Source: Coleofasciculaceae cyanobacterium (GTDB taxonomy: Bacteria; Cyanobacteriota; Cyanobacteriia; Cyanobacteriales; Coleofasciculaceae). Taken from it: a DNA stretch of 32,000 bases. The notes beneath the pieces are model-generated. The model had not been told where the DNA came from. It searched no databases and saw nothing but the letters and a program-made list of their open reading frames with translations. Position 1 is the stretch's first letter. Each line of letters begins with the position of its first letter. The stretch is taken from contig JBATUR010000045.1 in NCBI GenBank assembly GCA_049671305.1, positions 27,526 through 59,525 on the forward strand. Direction: 5' to 3'. The position numbers and the translations under genes were made by a program. Shown here in pieces: positions 1 through 9,663 of the stretch.

Positions 1-857
1 TGATAGGCATCTGGGAGCTTTTCTATAAAGGCAATGAGAGCCGGATCAATGGCATCCAGGCTGGCTTCGGGAGAGGTGTTGGTGAGCAAAGATGCGATCG
101 CGTCTTCTCTAGTTCTCAATTGACGCCATAATTGAGCTAGACGCAGCAATGCTTCCTGTTCTTGAGGAGTCCCCTTATAATCAGCAGTAACGCCTTGTAC
201 AAACTGTTTGAGGGGAATATCCAACAACAAATCATGGCTAGTGGCAGCGGCAAGTTTTTCCTCAGTCACTAAATAAGCGATCGCTTCTTCAGTCGTATCT
301 AATTGTTGCCAAATTCGTACCGCCTCCAGCATTGCCTCGCGTTGATTGGGCAGCCCTAGGTAGTAATCTGGAATTTGCTGCACAAAACTGAGCAGCGCTG
401 GCTCTAAATCAGCTAAATCTGTGGGTATTACAGCCTTAACATCTTCCCAATCAGCCTGATAAGCTTGTTTGAGCAAGTCCAGTTTACAAGATTCTAAACG
501 GGCAGTTGTGGTATCAGTAGCATCAGGTACATAGCCTTTCGCCACGGCTTCCAGAAACTTGTCACTATAACAACCCTGCCGCGCCTGCCACAAATCTGCA
601 CCAATCCAACCTTGAGCTATTAAACTAGCGGTAAGAGAGCGGATAGCATTAGCGGCATATTGAACTTGTTCAGGAAAAGTATTAACCTGTGCCAGGGAAA
701 CACGATTTGCCGGCGTTATACCCAAGCCAGTTTCTCCGTCAGCACAATTTGGGGAATTGTGTGCTTGATACAATGCTGCCAGAATCGGCTGATGAATGCC
801 TGTTCGTTCAGCCTCTTTGAGGTAATAATAATTACGCTGTTCTAAAGATGTTGCCAT
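1..857 (-). CDS. Partial CDS (C-terminus lies beyond the window edge). Conserved cyanobacterial protein whose N-terminal region resembles proteins usually annotated as peptidoglycan-binding-domain proteins.
   Basis: It is absent from the ORF track because it runs off the window. A reverse-strand ATG at 857-855 opens a frame I translated without stops down to position 1 (MATSLEQRNYYYLKEAERTGIHQPILAALYQAHNSPNCADGETGLGITPANRVSLAQV...). The listed + ORF 660-845 lies antisense inside it. The family assignment is from memory only. Confidence 0.6.
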   Translation of the reverse strand, partial: MATSLEQRNYYYLKEAERTGIHQPILAALYQAHNSPNCADGETGLGITPANRVSLAQVNTFPEQVQYAANAIRSLTASLIAQGWIGADLWQARQGCYSDKFLEAVAKGYVPDATDTTTARLESCKLDLLKQAYQADWEDVKAVIPTDLADLEPALLSFVQQIPDYYLGLPNQREAMLEAVRIWQQLDTTEEAIAYLVTEEKLAAATSHDLLLDIPLKQFVQGVTADYKGTPQEQEALLRLAQLWRQLRTREDAIASLLTNTSPEASLDAIDPALIAFIEKLPDAY

Positions 858-905
858 TGCCAAGTCTAATCAATCAACATACGACACCGAGTTACAGAAT
901 AATCT

Positions 906-1679
906 ATGGCTTTGACACTAATCGATCGCAATCTGAATAATAATTTTTTTAATCTGCGTCTGATTGCCACGGATATGGATGGTACTCTCACTTCTGAGGG
1001 CAAGTTTACTGCCAAATTACTGCAAGCCTTGCAAGAATTAAACGCTGCCAAGATCGCTGTACTTATTGTTACAGGTCGTTCGGCGGGTTGGGTGAGTGGA
1101 TTGGTCAGTTATTTGCCGGTGGTAGGTGCTATCGCTGAAAATGGTGGTATTTTTTACCAAAATAATCAGGCTCTTGCTTTAACATCAATTTCTAACTTGC
1201 TGGAACATCGACAAAAATTAGCTGCAGCTTATCAACAACTCAAGTTAGAATTTAAACTTCAAGAATCTGATGATAACCGTTTTCGCCTTACAGATTGGAC
1301 ATTTGATAATCAGGATTTGACAATAGCTCAATTGCAGCGTTTAGATGAGCTTTGTTCGGCAATGGGTTGGGGTTTTACTTATAGTTCTGTGCAGTGTCAT
1401 ATTAAACCATTGGAGCAGGATAAGGCAGTTGGATTAAGACAGGTGTTGGCTAAATTTTTTCCTGACTATTCACCACAACAAGTTTTGACAGTTGGCGATA
1501 GTCCTAATGATGTTAGTTTATTTAATCCTGAATTATTTCCGCTTTCTGTGGGCGTTGCTAATGTTGTAGATTATATTGATCAAATGAGTTATCAGCCAGC
1601 TTATGTTACGCAAGGGGCAGAAGGTGAGGGTTTTTGTGAGTTGGCGAGGTTGTTGCTTGGTGAAAAGACAGCAGACTAG
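906..1679 (+). CDS. HAD-superfamily hydrolase (Cof / HAD-IIB-like phosphatase)
   Basis: ATG start. HAD motif I DxDGT is present (IATDMDGTLT), with a late GDSPND motif. Size is 257 aa. Confidence 0.85.
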   Translation: MALTLIDRNLNNNFFNLRLIATDMDGTLTSEGKFTAKLLQALQELNAAKIAVLIVTGRSAGWVSGLVSYLPVVGAIAENGGIFYQNNQALALTSISNLLEHRQKLAAAYQQLKLEFKLQESDDNRFRLTDWTFDNQDLTIAQLQRLDELCSAMGWGFTYSSVQCHIKPLEQDKAVGLRQVLAKFFPDYSPQQVLTVGDSPNDVSLFNPELFPLSVGVANVVDYIDQMSYQPAYVTQGAEGEGFCELARLLLGEKTAD

Positions 1680-1740
1680 ATCCCCGACTTCTTGGTTAAA
1701 AACTTGATGCTATGGAGCAATTTGATTAAGTCGGGGATCT
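1678..1740. repeat. Copy of a dispersed palindromic element. It has 13-bp arms AGATCCCCGACTT / AAGTCGGGGATCT separated by a 37-nt loop.
   Basis: Arms read directly at 1678-1690 and 1728-1740. The same arms recur at 21609-21641 with a short loop. The element starts inside the stop codon of the HAD gene. Confidence 0.7.
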
Positions 1741-1770
1741 GCAACTAATCAATACTTTAAAATAATAACT

Positions 1771-3564
1771 ATGAATTTTTTTACTATTGTTTCTCTAACT
1801 TGGCGTCGTCGTTTTAGTCTGGTATTTGCCATATTTTGTGCAGTTACCTTTTCTGGCTGTAGTTTAGCCCAATTTAAAACTGAAGCAGCCAATGTACCGC
1901 AATTAATTGATACAGCACTTGGTGAACCTAAGACCTTTAATTTGCCTTTAAGTCAAGAAGCTAACAGCGTTTTTGGTTTAATTTATGAAGGATTAACCAC
2001 GGAAAATGGCAAAGGTGAAATTCAGCCAGCTTTAGCCGAATCTTGGCAATTTTCACCAGATAAAAAGCGAATTGTTTTTACAATGCGTGAAAATTTAAAA
2101 TGGTCTGATGGTGCGCCACTAACAGTTGATGATGTAGTTTTTACTTATAACGATATTTACTTTAATCCCAAGGTACCGACAGATTATCGAGACATTCTTA
2201 AAATTGGTAAAGATCGGGTTTTACCTACTGTCAAAAAAATTGATCAACGTCGAGTAGAGTTTAGCATTCCCGAACCTTTCGCGCCTTTTTTACGATATGC
2301 AGGCGGCATTACTATTTTACCTGCCCATGCCTTACGTGAGTCGATTAATACTACAGATGCTAGTGGAAATCTCAAGTTTCTATCTACTTGGGGAACCAAT
2401 ACTGACCCCAAAGAAATAGTTTCTAATGGAATGTATAAGCTGGAAAGTTATGCCACCAGTCAACGCATAATTTTGCAAAGAAATCCCTATTATTGGCGCA
2501 AAGATGCTCAAGGAAAACCGCTACCTTATATTGAGCGTGTTGTTTTAGAAATTGTCGAAAATACAGATACAGCTTTTTTGCAATTTCGCTCAGGTGGATT
2601 AGATACGACTTCAGTTGCACCTGATTATTTTTCTTTGTTGAAGAAAGAAGAAGAACGAGGAAAATTTAAAATATATGTTGGAGGTCCTGCTCTAAGTACA
2701 ACTTTTATAACATTTAATTTAAATAAAGCGAAAAACTCACAAGGTCAACCTTTAGTAGATCCCATTAAATCAGGTTGGTTTAATAAAGTTGAGTTTCGTC
2801 AAGCGGTTGCTTATGCGCTCGATCGTCCGAGACTATTGAACAATCTTTACCGTGGTTTAGGAGCTCTACAAAACTCACCAATTTATCAACCAAGTCCCTA
2901 CTACCTTTCTCCCGAACAAGGTTTAAAAGTCTATGATTATAATGTCGAAAAATCTAAAGAGTTACTAAAAAAAGCTGGATTTAAATATAACGCACAAGGA
3001 CAGCTTTTGGATGACAAAGGTAATCGAGTACGCTTTAACTTATTAACAAATGCTGGTAATAAACTACGAGAAGCTATCGGTGCACAAATCAAACAAGACT
3101 TAGAAAAAATTGGAATGCAGGTAGATTTTAATGCAATTCAATTTAATGTTTTAATGGATAAAGTTTCTAATCAACGTAACTGGGATAGCTACGTTGGTAG
3201 TATTGGTGGCGGTGGTGTTGAGCCAAATGGAGGAGCAAATACTTGGATGACAAACGGTGGACTACACTTATTTAATTTAGCAACAAAGCCAGGAGAACAA
3301 CCACTAAAAGGTTGGGAAGCTGCGCCTTGGGAGTTGGAAATTGAACGGTTGTATATTCAAGGTGCGAGTGAATTAGATGAAAAGAAGCGCCGCGATATTT
3401 ATGTACAAACCCAAAAAATTACCCAAGAAAACTTGCCATTTATTTATTTAGTAAATCCTTTGAAAATGGAGGCAGTACGCGATCGCATTCAAGGTATTCA
3501 GTATACTGAACTTGGCGGTGCTTTCTGGAATCTTTACGAACTAAAAGCAGTAGAAAAAAGCTAA
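1771..3564 (+). CDS. ABC transporter substrate-binding lipoprotein, family 5 (peptide/nickel/opine type)
   Basis: 597 aa. Lipobox FSGC after an N-terminal hydrophobic segment. Typical family-5 blocks are present (GLTTENGKGEIQPALAESW, KWSDG, LQRNPYYW, FRQAVAYALDR). Confidence 0.9.
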   Translation: MNFFTIVSLTWRRRFSLVFAIFCAVTFSGCSLAQFKTEAANVPQLIDTALGEPKTFNLPLSQEANSVFGLIYEGLTTENGKGEIQPALAESWQFSPDKKRIVFTMRENLKWSDGAPLTVDDVVFTYNDIYFNPKVPTDYRDILKIGKDRVLPTVKKIDQRRVEFSIPEPFAPFLRYAGGITILPAHALRESINTTDASGNLKFLSTWGTNTDPKEIVSNGMYKLESYATSQRIILQRNPYYWRKDAQGKPLPYIERVVLEIVENTDTAFLQFRSGGLDTTSVAPDYFSLLKKEEERGKFKIYVGGPALSTTFITFNLNKAKNSQGQPLVDPIKSGWFNKVEFRQAVAYALDRPRLLNNLYRGLGALQNSPIYQPSPYYLSPEQGLKVYDYNVEKSKELLKKAGFKYNAQGQLLDDKGNRVRFNLLTNAGNKLREAIGAQIKQDLEKIGMQVDFNAIQFNVLMDKVSNQRNWDSYVGSIGGGGVEPNGGANTWMTNGGLHLFNLATKPGEQPLKGWEAAPWELEIERLYIQGASELDEKKRRDIYVQTQKITQENLPFIYLVNPLKMEAVRDRIQGIQYTELGGAFWNLYELKAVEKS

Positions 3565-3612
3565 TTAACTGTCAGGTTGGAAATGCCAATTAAGTAACAC
3601 TAGCAATAAAAA

Positions 3613-5418
3613 ATGATTGCCGTCTTCTTCAAACTTCGGCGTTGGTTACCAAGGCTACTAAAATTAATCTTGCTTACTACAGCTTTGATTTTGGTAGCTT
3701 GTAACCCCACAACTTTAAACACTGAAACATCAAAATCACAATTAGTCCTCCATAGCCTCAGTGATCCAAAAACCTTTAACTATGCCCTAAAAAGCGAGTT
3801 TCCTAACATTTTTCCCTTCACCTTTGAAGGACTAACTTTTGTCAATGATAGTACAGGAAAGATTGAACCAGCTTTAGCTGAATCTTGGCAAAGCTTTGAT
3901 AATAACAAACGCTATATTTTTACTTTACGAGAGGGCTTAAAATGGTCAGATGGTGTACCTTTAACGGCAGATGATGTCATTTTTACCTATCAAGATATTG
4001 TCTTTAACCCAGCAATTGCCACTGATCAAAAAGATGTCTTAAAAATTGGCAAAAAGGCTGCTTTCCCAAAAATCCGCAAGCTTGATAATCGTCGTATCGA
4101 GTTTATTTTACCCGAACCCTTTGCCCCATTTTTACGCATTACATCGGGCGCACAAGATGGTGTGGTAATTTTGCCAAAACACATCTTATCTGAAGCTGTA
4201 AAAACTAAAGATGCCAAAGGTAATTCTCAATTTGCCTCAACTTGGGGAACTGATACTAAACCAGAAAATATTGTTGTGAATGGTGCATATAAAATTGCCA
4301 GCTACACACCTAGTCAACGCATAATTTTACAACGTAATCCCTATTATTGGCGTAAAGATTCGCAAGGAAATCCTCAACCTTATATAGAAAAAATTATCTG
4401 GCAAGTTGTTGAGTCAACAGAAACAGCCTTACTACAATTTCGCTCTGGAGGATTAGATATTACCGATGGTTGGGGTGCAATGCCTACGGAAAACTTTTCT
4501 TTATTAAAAAGAGAAGAAAAGCGGGGAAAGTTTAAAATTTATACAGATGGCACTAGACCTGGTACTAATTTTATCTCCTTTAATCTTAATCAGGGTAAAA
4601 GAAATGGAACTCCTTTAATTGATCCGGTTAAATCTCGCTGGTTTAATACCTTAGAATTCCGACAAGCTGTTGCTTATGCAATCGATCGTCAAAGCTTGAT
4701 TAATAATATTTTTCGTGGTTTAGGAGAATTACAAAATTCACCAATTTCTGTACAAAGTCCTTATTATCTTTCCCCAAAAGAAGGCTTAAAAGTCTATACT
4801 TATAATCTTGAACGCTCTAAACAATTACTAACAAAAGCCGGATTTACCTATAATACACAAGGGCAATTACTTGATGCTAGTGGTAATCAAGTCCGCTTTA
4901 CTCTCCTTACCAATGCTGAAAATAAAACTCGTGTGGCAATTGGCTCACAAATTAAGCAAAACTTAGCACAAATTGGCATTCAAGTTGATTTCAATCCCTT
5001 AGCATTTAATACAGTTGTTGATAAACTTTCTAATACTCTTGATTGGGAATGTTATCTGTTAGGATTTACAGGCGGTGTAGAACCAAATGATGGGGCAAAT
5101 GTTTGGTCACCTGATGGAGGTTTGCACACTTTTAATCAAAAGCCTCAACAAGGACAAGCACCCCTTGAAAATCGAAAAGTTGCTGATTGGGAAACAGAAA
5201 TTGGTAGATTATATATTGAAGGAGCAAGAGAAATAAATGAGGCAAAACGTAAGGCAATATATGCCGAAACCCAACGCATTACCCAAGAGTATTTGCCGAT
5301 GATTTATTTAATAAATCCGCTTTCTATGTCTGCCGTACGCGATCGCGTTTCTGGTGTTAATTATAACGCCCTCGGCGGTGTTGTCTGGAATATTCATGAA
5401 TTGAAAGTATCTAATTAA
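3613..5418 (+). CDS. ABC transporter substrate-binding lipoprotein, family 5. Tandem paralog of 1771-3564.
   Basis: 601 aa. Lipobox LVAC. Colinear with the upstream paralog along its full length (ALAESWQ, LKWSDG, ILQRNPYYWRKD, FRQAVAYAIDR, AVRDR). Confidence 0.9.
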   Translation: MIAVFFKLRRWLPRLLKLILLTTALILVACNPTTLNTETSKSQLVLHSLSDPKTFNYALKSEFPNIFPFTFEGLTFVNDSTGKIEPALAESWQSFDNNKRYIFTLREGLKWSDGVPLTADDVIFTYQDIVFNPAIATDQKDVLKIGKKAAFPKIRKLDNRRIEFILPEPFAPFLRITSGAQDGVVILPKHILSEAVKTKDAKGNSQFASTWGTDTKPENIVVNGAYKIASYTPSQRIILQRNPYYWRKDSQGNPQPYIEKIIWQVVESTETALLQFRSGGLDITDGWGAMPTENFSLLKREEKRGKFKIYTDGTRPGTNFISFNLNQGKRNGTPLIDPVKSRWFNTLEFRQAVAYAIDRQSLINNIFRGLGELQNSPISVQSPYYLSPKEGLKVYTYNLERSKQLLTKAGFTYNTQGQLLDASGNQVRFTLLTNAENKTRVAIGSQIKQNLAQIGIQVDFNPLAFNTVVDKLSNTLDWECYLLGFTGGVEPNDGANVWSPDGGLHTFNQKPQQGQAPLENRKVADWETEIGRLYIEGAREINEAKRKAIYAETQRITQEYLPMIYLINPLSMSAVRDRVSGVNYNALGGVVWNIHELKVSN

Positions 5419-5498
5419 TACTATAGGCATTACCTCTACTTATAGTCTTAAAAGTTACTAATTGCCTATAATATTCCTTATCTAGACCTAAAACTATT

Positions 5499-6302
5499 GT
5501 GACTCAACCTGAAGCCTTACAATCATTACTGTCCGCCGTTGCCTCCGGTGATCTTAGCCCAGATCATGCACTAGAAAAGCTTAAAAACTTTGCATACGAA
5601 TCAATCGATGAATTCGCTAAAATTGACCATCATCGTAGCTGGAGAACAGGCTTTCCTGAAGTAGTATGGGGACTGGGAAAAACCAGTGAGCAAATTGCTC
5701 AGATTATGTTAGCAATGCAAAAACATAATGCCGAAACCTTAGATACCGTTCCCATTATAGCAACCCGCATTGAGCCAGATGTTTTTGCCAAATTGCAATC
5801 AGAAATTCCCGAACTTCAATATTATCAAACAGCCCGAATTTGTGCAATTATCCCACCCACACAACAAGCAAAACATACAGGCATAATTGGTATAATCTCA
5901 GCCGGAACCTCAGACTTACCAGTAGCAGAAGAAGCGGCAATGACTGCTGAATTATGCGGATTTAAAGTACAGCGCCTTTGGGATGTGGGAGTCGCTGGCA
6001 TTCACCGCTTGCTGAGTAACCGCCAAGTAATTGCCCAAGCTAATGTTTTAATTGTCGTTGCTGGGATGGAGGGCGCATTACCCAGCGTGGTTGCGGGTTT
6101 AGCTGATGTGCCAGTGATTGCGGTTCCCACTAGTATCGGTTATGGTGCAAGTTTTGGTGGTTTTGCGCCGCTCTTGACAATGCTCAACTCTTGTGCTGCA
6201 GGTATTGGTGTGGTTAATATTGATAATGGCTTTGGGGCGGCAATTTTGGCTGGTCAGATTCTCAGGACGGCGCAGAAGTTGCAGTTAGACTCCAAGGATT
6301 AA
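5499..6302 (+). CDS. larB: LarB-type AIR-carboxylase-like protein (nickel-pincer cofactor biosynthesis). Same family as cyanobacterial circadian phase modifier CpmA.
   Basis: GTG start, 267 aa. The N-terminal helical segment plus PurE-like core (GIISAGTSDLPVAEEAA...VVAGMEGALPSVVAGL...VIAVPTS.GYG) is characteristic of LarB/CpmA. Confidence 0.8.
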   Translation: MTQPEALQSLLSAVASGDLSPDHALEKLKNFAYESIDEFAKIDHHRSWRTGFPEVVWGLGKTSEQIAQIMLAMQKHNAETLDTVPIIATRIEPDVFAKLQSEIPELQYYQTARICAIIPPTQQAKHTGIIGIISAGTSDLPVAEEAAMTAELCGFKVQRLWDVGVAGIHRLLSNRQVIAQANVLIVVAGMEGALPSVVAGLADVPVIAVPTSIGYGASFGGFAPLLTMLNSCAAGIGVVNIDNGFGAAILAGQILRTAQKLQLDSKD

Positions 6303-6336
6303 TCAAATTGTCAAGCTCCTTAAAGGATATTGCGGT

Positions 6337-7569
6337 TCAGCCGATACTGTCGGCAATGTGCGTGGCTTTAGTAGACAGCAGATTCTGCAAAAAACTATAA
6401 CCAGCTTGCTCTAAGTCTCCCGATAAAGAAAAAATCAGGCTGCGAATTCGGATGCTGCCAATTCTTATGTCTAAAGGCTCAGATAAAGGCGTTGGGTACA
6501 AAAGAATTGCCTCCTGACACCCTTTAGCTTCGGCATAGGCGACAACTTGAGCAAGATCACTTGATGCAGGTGTAGTTGAGGTTTTGTACTTCGTATCCAA
6601 TACATACCTCGCTGCACCTGTCGCTATATCTAATAGCACCAAGTCGATCTCAAAGTAGAGAGTTTTGCTTTGACCGATATAGATTCTTTCTTGAGACTTG
6701 AGATCTAACCCAAATGATAGTAGGATTTCGCGGTGTGCCACAAGCCATTCTGCCACAAAACGCTCGTATAGTCGCGCCATATCCACCAGGAATGGTAACA
6801 TTGTGCGATCGCCTATTTCGTGACTGGCTCCACTCTGCTCTAAAAAAAATCGACAAAGCGCGTGTAGAGGTCGATAATCTTCGTTGAGGCGGTTATATTG
6901 TCGCCCTACACAGGATTGAGGACTGTAAGGCTGTAGTGTCACTAATCCCTGTAGCAGGTGGAAAGCACGGCGTACTGTCGGCATGACTCGTTCTGTACAG
7001 CCGTTATGGGCAATGCACCAGAGAGTCCAGGCGAGGATCTGATTTTCTTCTACGTCGGCAGTATGTTCCTCATAATGACACTGGACTTTCAGATCCCAAG
7101 GTTTAGCGATCGCCTGTTCTATGTCAATCCGCCCTCGGATATATGGCAAGCGCTCAGTTTTTGGTAAGTAAGCACAATACAATCCCTGGCAACTTCGGTC
7201 GAAAATTCGGCGGGTTAAAATTTCAGCCAATCTTTCATAAAAATCCTCAAAAGTTTGGCAATCAACTAGTCCCTCCAAAAACCGAAAACTCTTAAGCTCG
7301 TATGCATACTCCAGCATCCCTAAAAGATTATCTATCTGTACTTTAGGACGTAATATAACCTGAAAATCAGCAGTTAAGGGAATCTGTCCTACCCATCCTT
7401 GTGCCGTCAGTCGCCATTGCTGATTCGTCTTGGGAGAGGGGAAATCTACAGCTACTTGAGGGCTATAACTACGCCATAAAGCCTTACCCAAAGTTTCGGG
7501 GATGACTTGCTGCGCTAATAGCACTGGACGATATTCTGTTAGCTCTATTCTCCGTGGGGAATTACTCAT
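6337..7569 (-). CDS. mcrC: McrC-like nuclease subunit of an McrBC-type restriction system
   Basis: Its size and its position immediately downstream of the McrB-like GTPase fit McrC. A C-terminal PD-(D/E)xK-like signature is present (FEIDLVLLD...YVLDTKYK). The track starts at a TTG (7575), but I prefer the ATG at 7569-7567, which forms an ATGA overlap with the mcrB stop at 7568-7566. Confidence 0.85.
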   Translation of the reverse strand: MSNSPRRIELTEYRPVLLAQQVIPETLGKALWRSYSPQVAVDFPSPKTNQQWRLTAQGWVGQIPLTADFQVILRPKVQIDNLLGMLEYAYELKSFRFLEGLVDCQTFEDFYERLAEILTRRIFDRSCQGLYCAYLPKTERLPYIRGRIDIEQAIAKPWDLKVQCHYEEHTADVEENQILAWTLWCIAHNGCTERVMPTVRRAFHLLQGLVTLQPYSPQSCVGRQYNRLNEDYRPLHALCRFFLEQSGASHEIGDRTMLPFLVDMARLYERFVAEWLVAHREILLSFGLDLKSQERIYIGQSKTLYFEIDLVLLDIATGAARYVLDTKYKTSTTPASSDLAQVVAYAEAKGCQEAILLYPTPLSEPLDIRIGSIRIRSLIFSLSGDLEQAGYSFLQNLLSTKATHIADSIG

Positions 7570-9134
7570 GAGCAAACCTGTGGCTTTACTTTGTCCCAGC
7601 GAAATTGGTTAACTTTACTCGGTTGGTTAAAGAAATACTCTTCTAAATAAGGTTCTATTTCTAGTCTCCAAATACTTTCTATCTGTTCCTTTAGCTGAGG
7701 TCTTAAAAAAAAACTGATTCCTACTTCATAATGAGGATTGCCGATTTCTTGGTTTAGTTGCTCTAAGATCTGAATCAGCTTATCCACGGGAAAGCCAGTT
7801 GAACTATGATAGTGACGTAGAATTTTGTAGTTGGGGTAAATAGGGATGAAGGCAAAGCGGCGGCGTAGGGCATGATCTACTAAAGCAATTGAGCGATCGG
7901 CAGTGTTCATTGTGCCGATAATCCGCACATTAGCTGGAATACCAAAGACTTTGCCCGCAGCGAGGGGAATTTTGGCGTCGCGGTACTCTAATAGGTACAT
8001 TAATTCCCCAAAGACACGGGCGATGTTGGCGCGGTTGATTTCATCAATTATTAGTATGCAGATATGCTGACGAGTGCCTGCTTGTCGGCAAAATTCGACA
8101 AACCGCCCATCAACTAGGGAATAGTTTAGTTCTCCATTGATTAGTTGTGGACGGATGCCTTGCACGAAGTCCTCATAAGCATATACAGGATGAAACTGCA
8201 CAAGTTCCCAAAAACCGTCACCACCGCCTATTAAATGCTGGGCGAGCTTTTTGGCGATGTAGGTTTTACCAGTACCGGGTGGTCCGTAGAAGATGGCTTG
8301 CTTGGTGCGTGCGATCGCCTGAAGCCAAAATTCCCAGGTTTCTACCTCAATCCCTGTCTCATTTGCCGATTGGGCTAAGGTATATTCTGGTTGCAGTTCA
8401 ATCTCTTTTTGATCATCGGCAGCAATAACTATCGCTTTCGGCTGAAGTTCTTGTGTAGCCAAGTTGTACTTTTTCACAACAACCAACCAGTGACAAAACA
8501 TATCGAATAAATCATTGTCTCTGAGAGCTGGTACGCCCGGTTTGTGTAAGTCTTGAGCTAATTTTTTTAAGAGTTTATGTCCGGTAATATTGATTGTTGG
8601 ATAGTTGGTTAACTTCTCACTATAAGACGTATTGGCAAAGTAGTTGATCGCCTGTGTAGATTTGTTATTAATTAACAGAAACTGATCGGGACGCAAGGCA
8701 TTAAGGATGGGCGTGAGCATTCCCATCTGAAATACTTTGCAGTATGGCAATTCTAAAAATTCAGAGCAAGCGGCGACTAACTGTTGAGGATCGTCATTAC
8801 ATTGACAAACGAAATGGAAAACTGCCTTGGCAATAAGTAAACAATCTTCTGGTTTCGTCCAAACTTTCTGTTCAAACTTAGTGCAGCCAGAATGGTGTAT
8901 CCAAGCTCCATTATGTCGATTGTTTGCAGAATCTGGATGAGGTAATAATTGTAATAAAACTGCCTCTGTTATATCTTCTTTCGCCTCGGTAGTTCTCTTA
9001 ATTGCTTCAAAGTTACGATGTGCTTGCTGACGTTGCTCATCATAAGCTGCTGTATGACGTAATCCAGCAGAGGTATATAGATATGAGTTGACAAATTCTT
9101 GAAATAGCCTCACAAATTCTGCTCTTTTTTTCAC
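7566..9134 (-). CDS. mcrB: McrB-like AAA+ GTPase subunit with an uncharacterised N-terminal region of about 260 aa
   Basis: GTG start preceded by GAGGT. Walker A FYGPPGTGKTY, Walker B plus the McrB signature IIDEINRANIARVFGELMYLLEYR, and the MNTADRS motif are all present. I could not recognise any known DNA-reader fold in residues 1-260. Confidence 0.9.
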   Translation of the reverse strand: MKKRAEFVRLFQEFVNSYLYTSAGLRHTAAYDEQRQQAHRNFEAIKRTTEAKEDITEAVLLQLLPHPDSANNRHNGAWIHHSGCTKFEQKVWTKPEDCLLIAKAVFHFVCQCNDDPQQLVAACSEFLELPYCKVFQMGMLTPILNALRPDQFLLINNKSTQAINYFANTSYSEKLTNYPTINITGHKLLKKLAQDLHKPGVPALRDNDLFDMFCHWLVVVKKYNLATQELQPKAIVIAADDQKEIELQPEYTLAQSANETGIEVETWEFWLQAIARTKQAIFYGPPGTGKTYIAKKLAQHLIGGGDGFWELVQFHPVYAYEDFVQGIRPQLINGELNYSLVDGRFVEFCRQAGTRQHICILIIDEINRANIARVFGELMYLLEYRDAKIPLAAGKVFGIPANVRIIGTMNTADRSIALVDHALRRRFAFIPIYPNYKILRHYHSSTGFPVDKLIQILEQLNQEIGNPHYEVGISFFLRPQLKEQIESIWRLEIEPYLEEYFFNQPSKVNQFRWDKVKPQVCS

Positions 9135-9161
9135 AGAAAGCTTACCTCAGCCCAGAATGTT

Positions 9162-9647
9162 TTAATGTTCCAGTAAAGCTAATTGATATCTTGTTTCTTC
9201 AGTCAAGTTTGATATTCTACATTTTGCTAATGATTCAAGAACACAAACTTCTTGAGGTTTTAAGTAATGATAGCTTTGGGGTGGTCTAAATTCAGACCAT
9301 TGTTCTTTAATGGTTTCTAAATCAATTGGTTTATTAAAAGGAAAACTCTTCTTTAATAAAATTCCATAACCGAGTGTTGCACCTTCGTAATAACTATCGA
9401 AAGTTTTACGATTTATACCTGCTTTATTTTCAACTTTATGCCAAAGTTTACTAGGATTTTCTTCAATAATTCTTTCAACTTCAAACCAACCAAACAAAGC
9501 TTTCTCAGGGCATGAAGCATACACTATAACTATATCATCCTCTCTCAAACGGGGGCGAACTCGCCGAAGTTCAACTGTCTTTGAACCATCAAAAATCTTG
9601 TTGGCGTACTCAGGTTTAATCGATATTAAAAGAATATTGCTTGGCAT
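9162..9647 (-). CDS. Stand-alone ASCH (PUA-like fold) domain protein
   Basis: 161 aa. The N-terminal pattern ISIKPEYANKIFDGSKTVELRR...IVIVYAS.PEKALFGWFEV..I....PSKLW is the classical ASCH/COG4933-type signature. The stop lies 27 nt upstream of the mcrB start. Confidence 0.75.
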   Translation of the reverse strand: MPSNILLISIKPEYANKIFDGSKTVELRRVRPRLREDDIVIVYASCPEKALFGWFEVERIIEENPSKLWHKVENKAGINRKTFDSYYEGATLGYGILLKKSFPFNKPIDLETIKEQWSEFRPPQSYHYLKPQEVCVLESLAKCRISNLTEETRYQLALLEH

Positions 9648-9663
9648 AAGTGTAATGCCTACT

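Noticed and set aside
660-1051. ORFs 660-845 (+) and 866-1051 (-)
   Set aside because: The first is antisense inside the long edge-truncated minus-strand CDS. The second is antisense to the start of the HAD gene and the intergenic region. Neither has start signals or protein-like composition.
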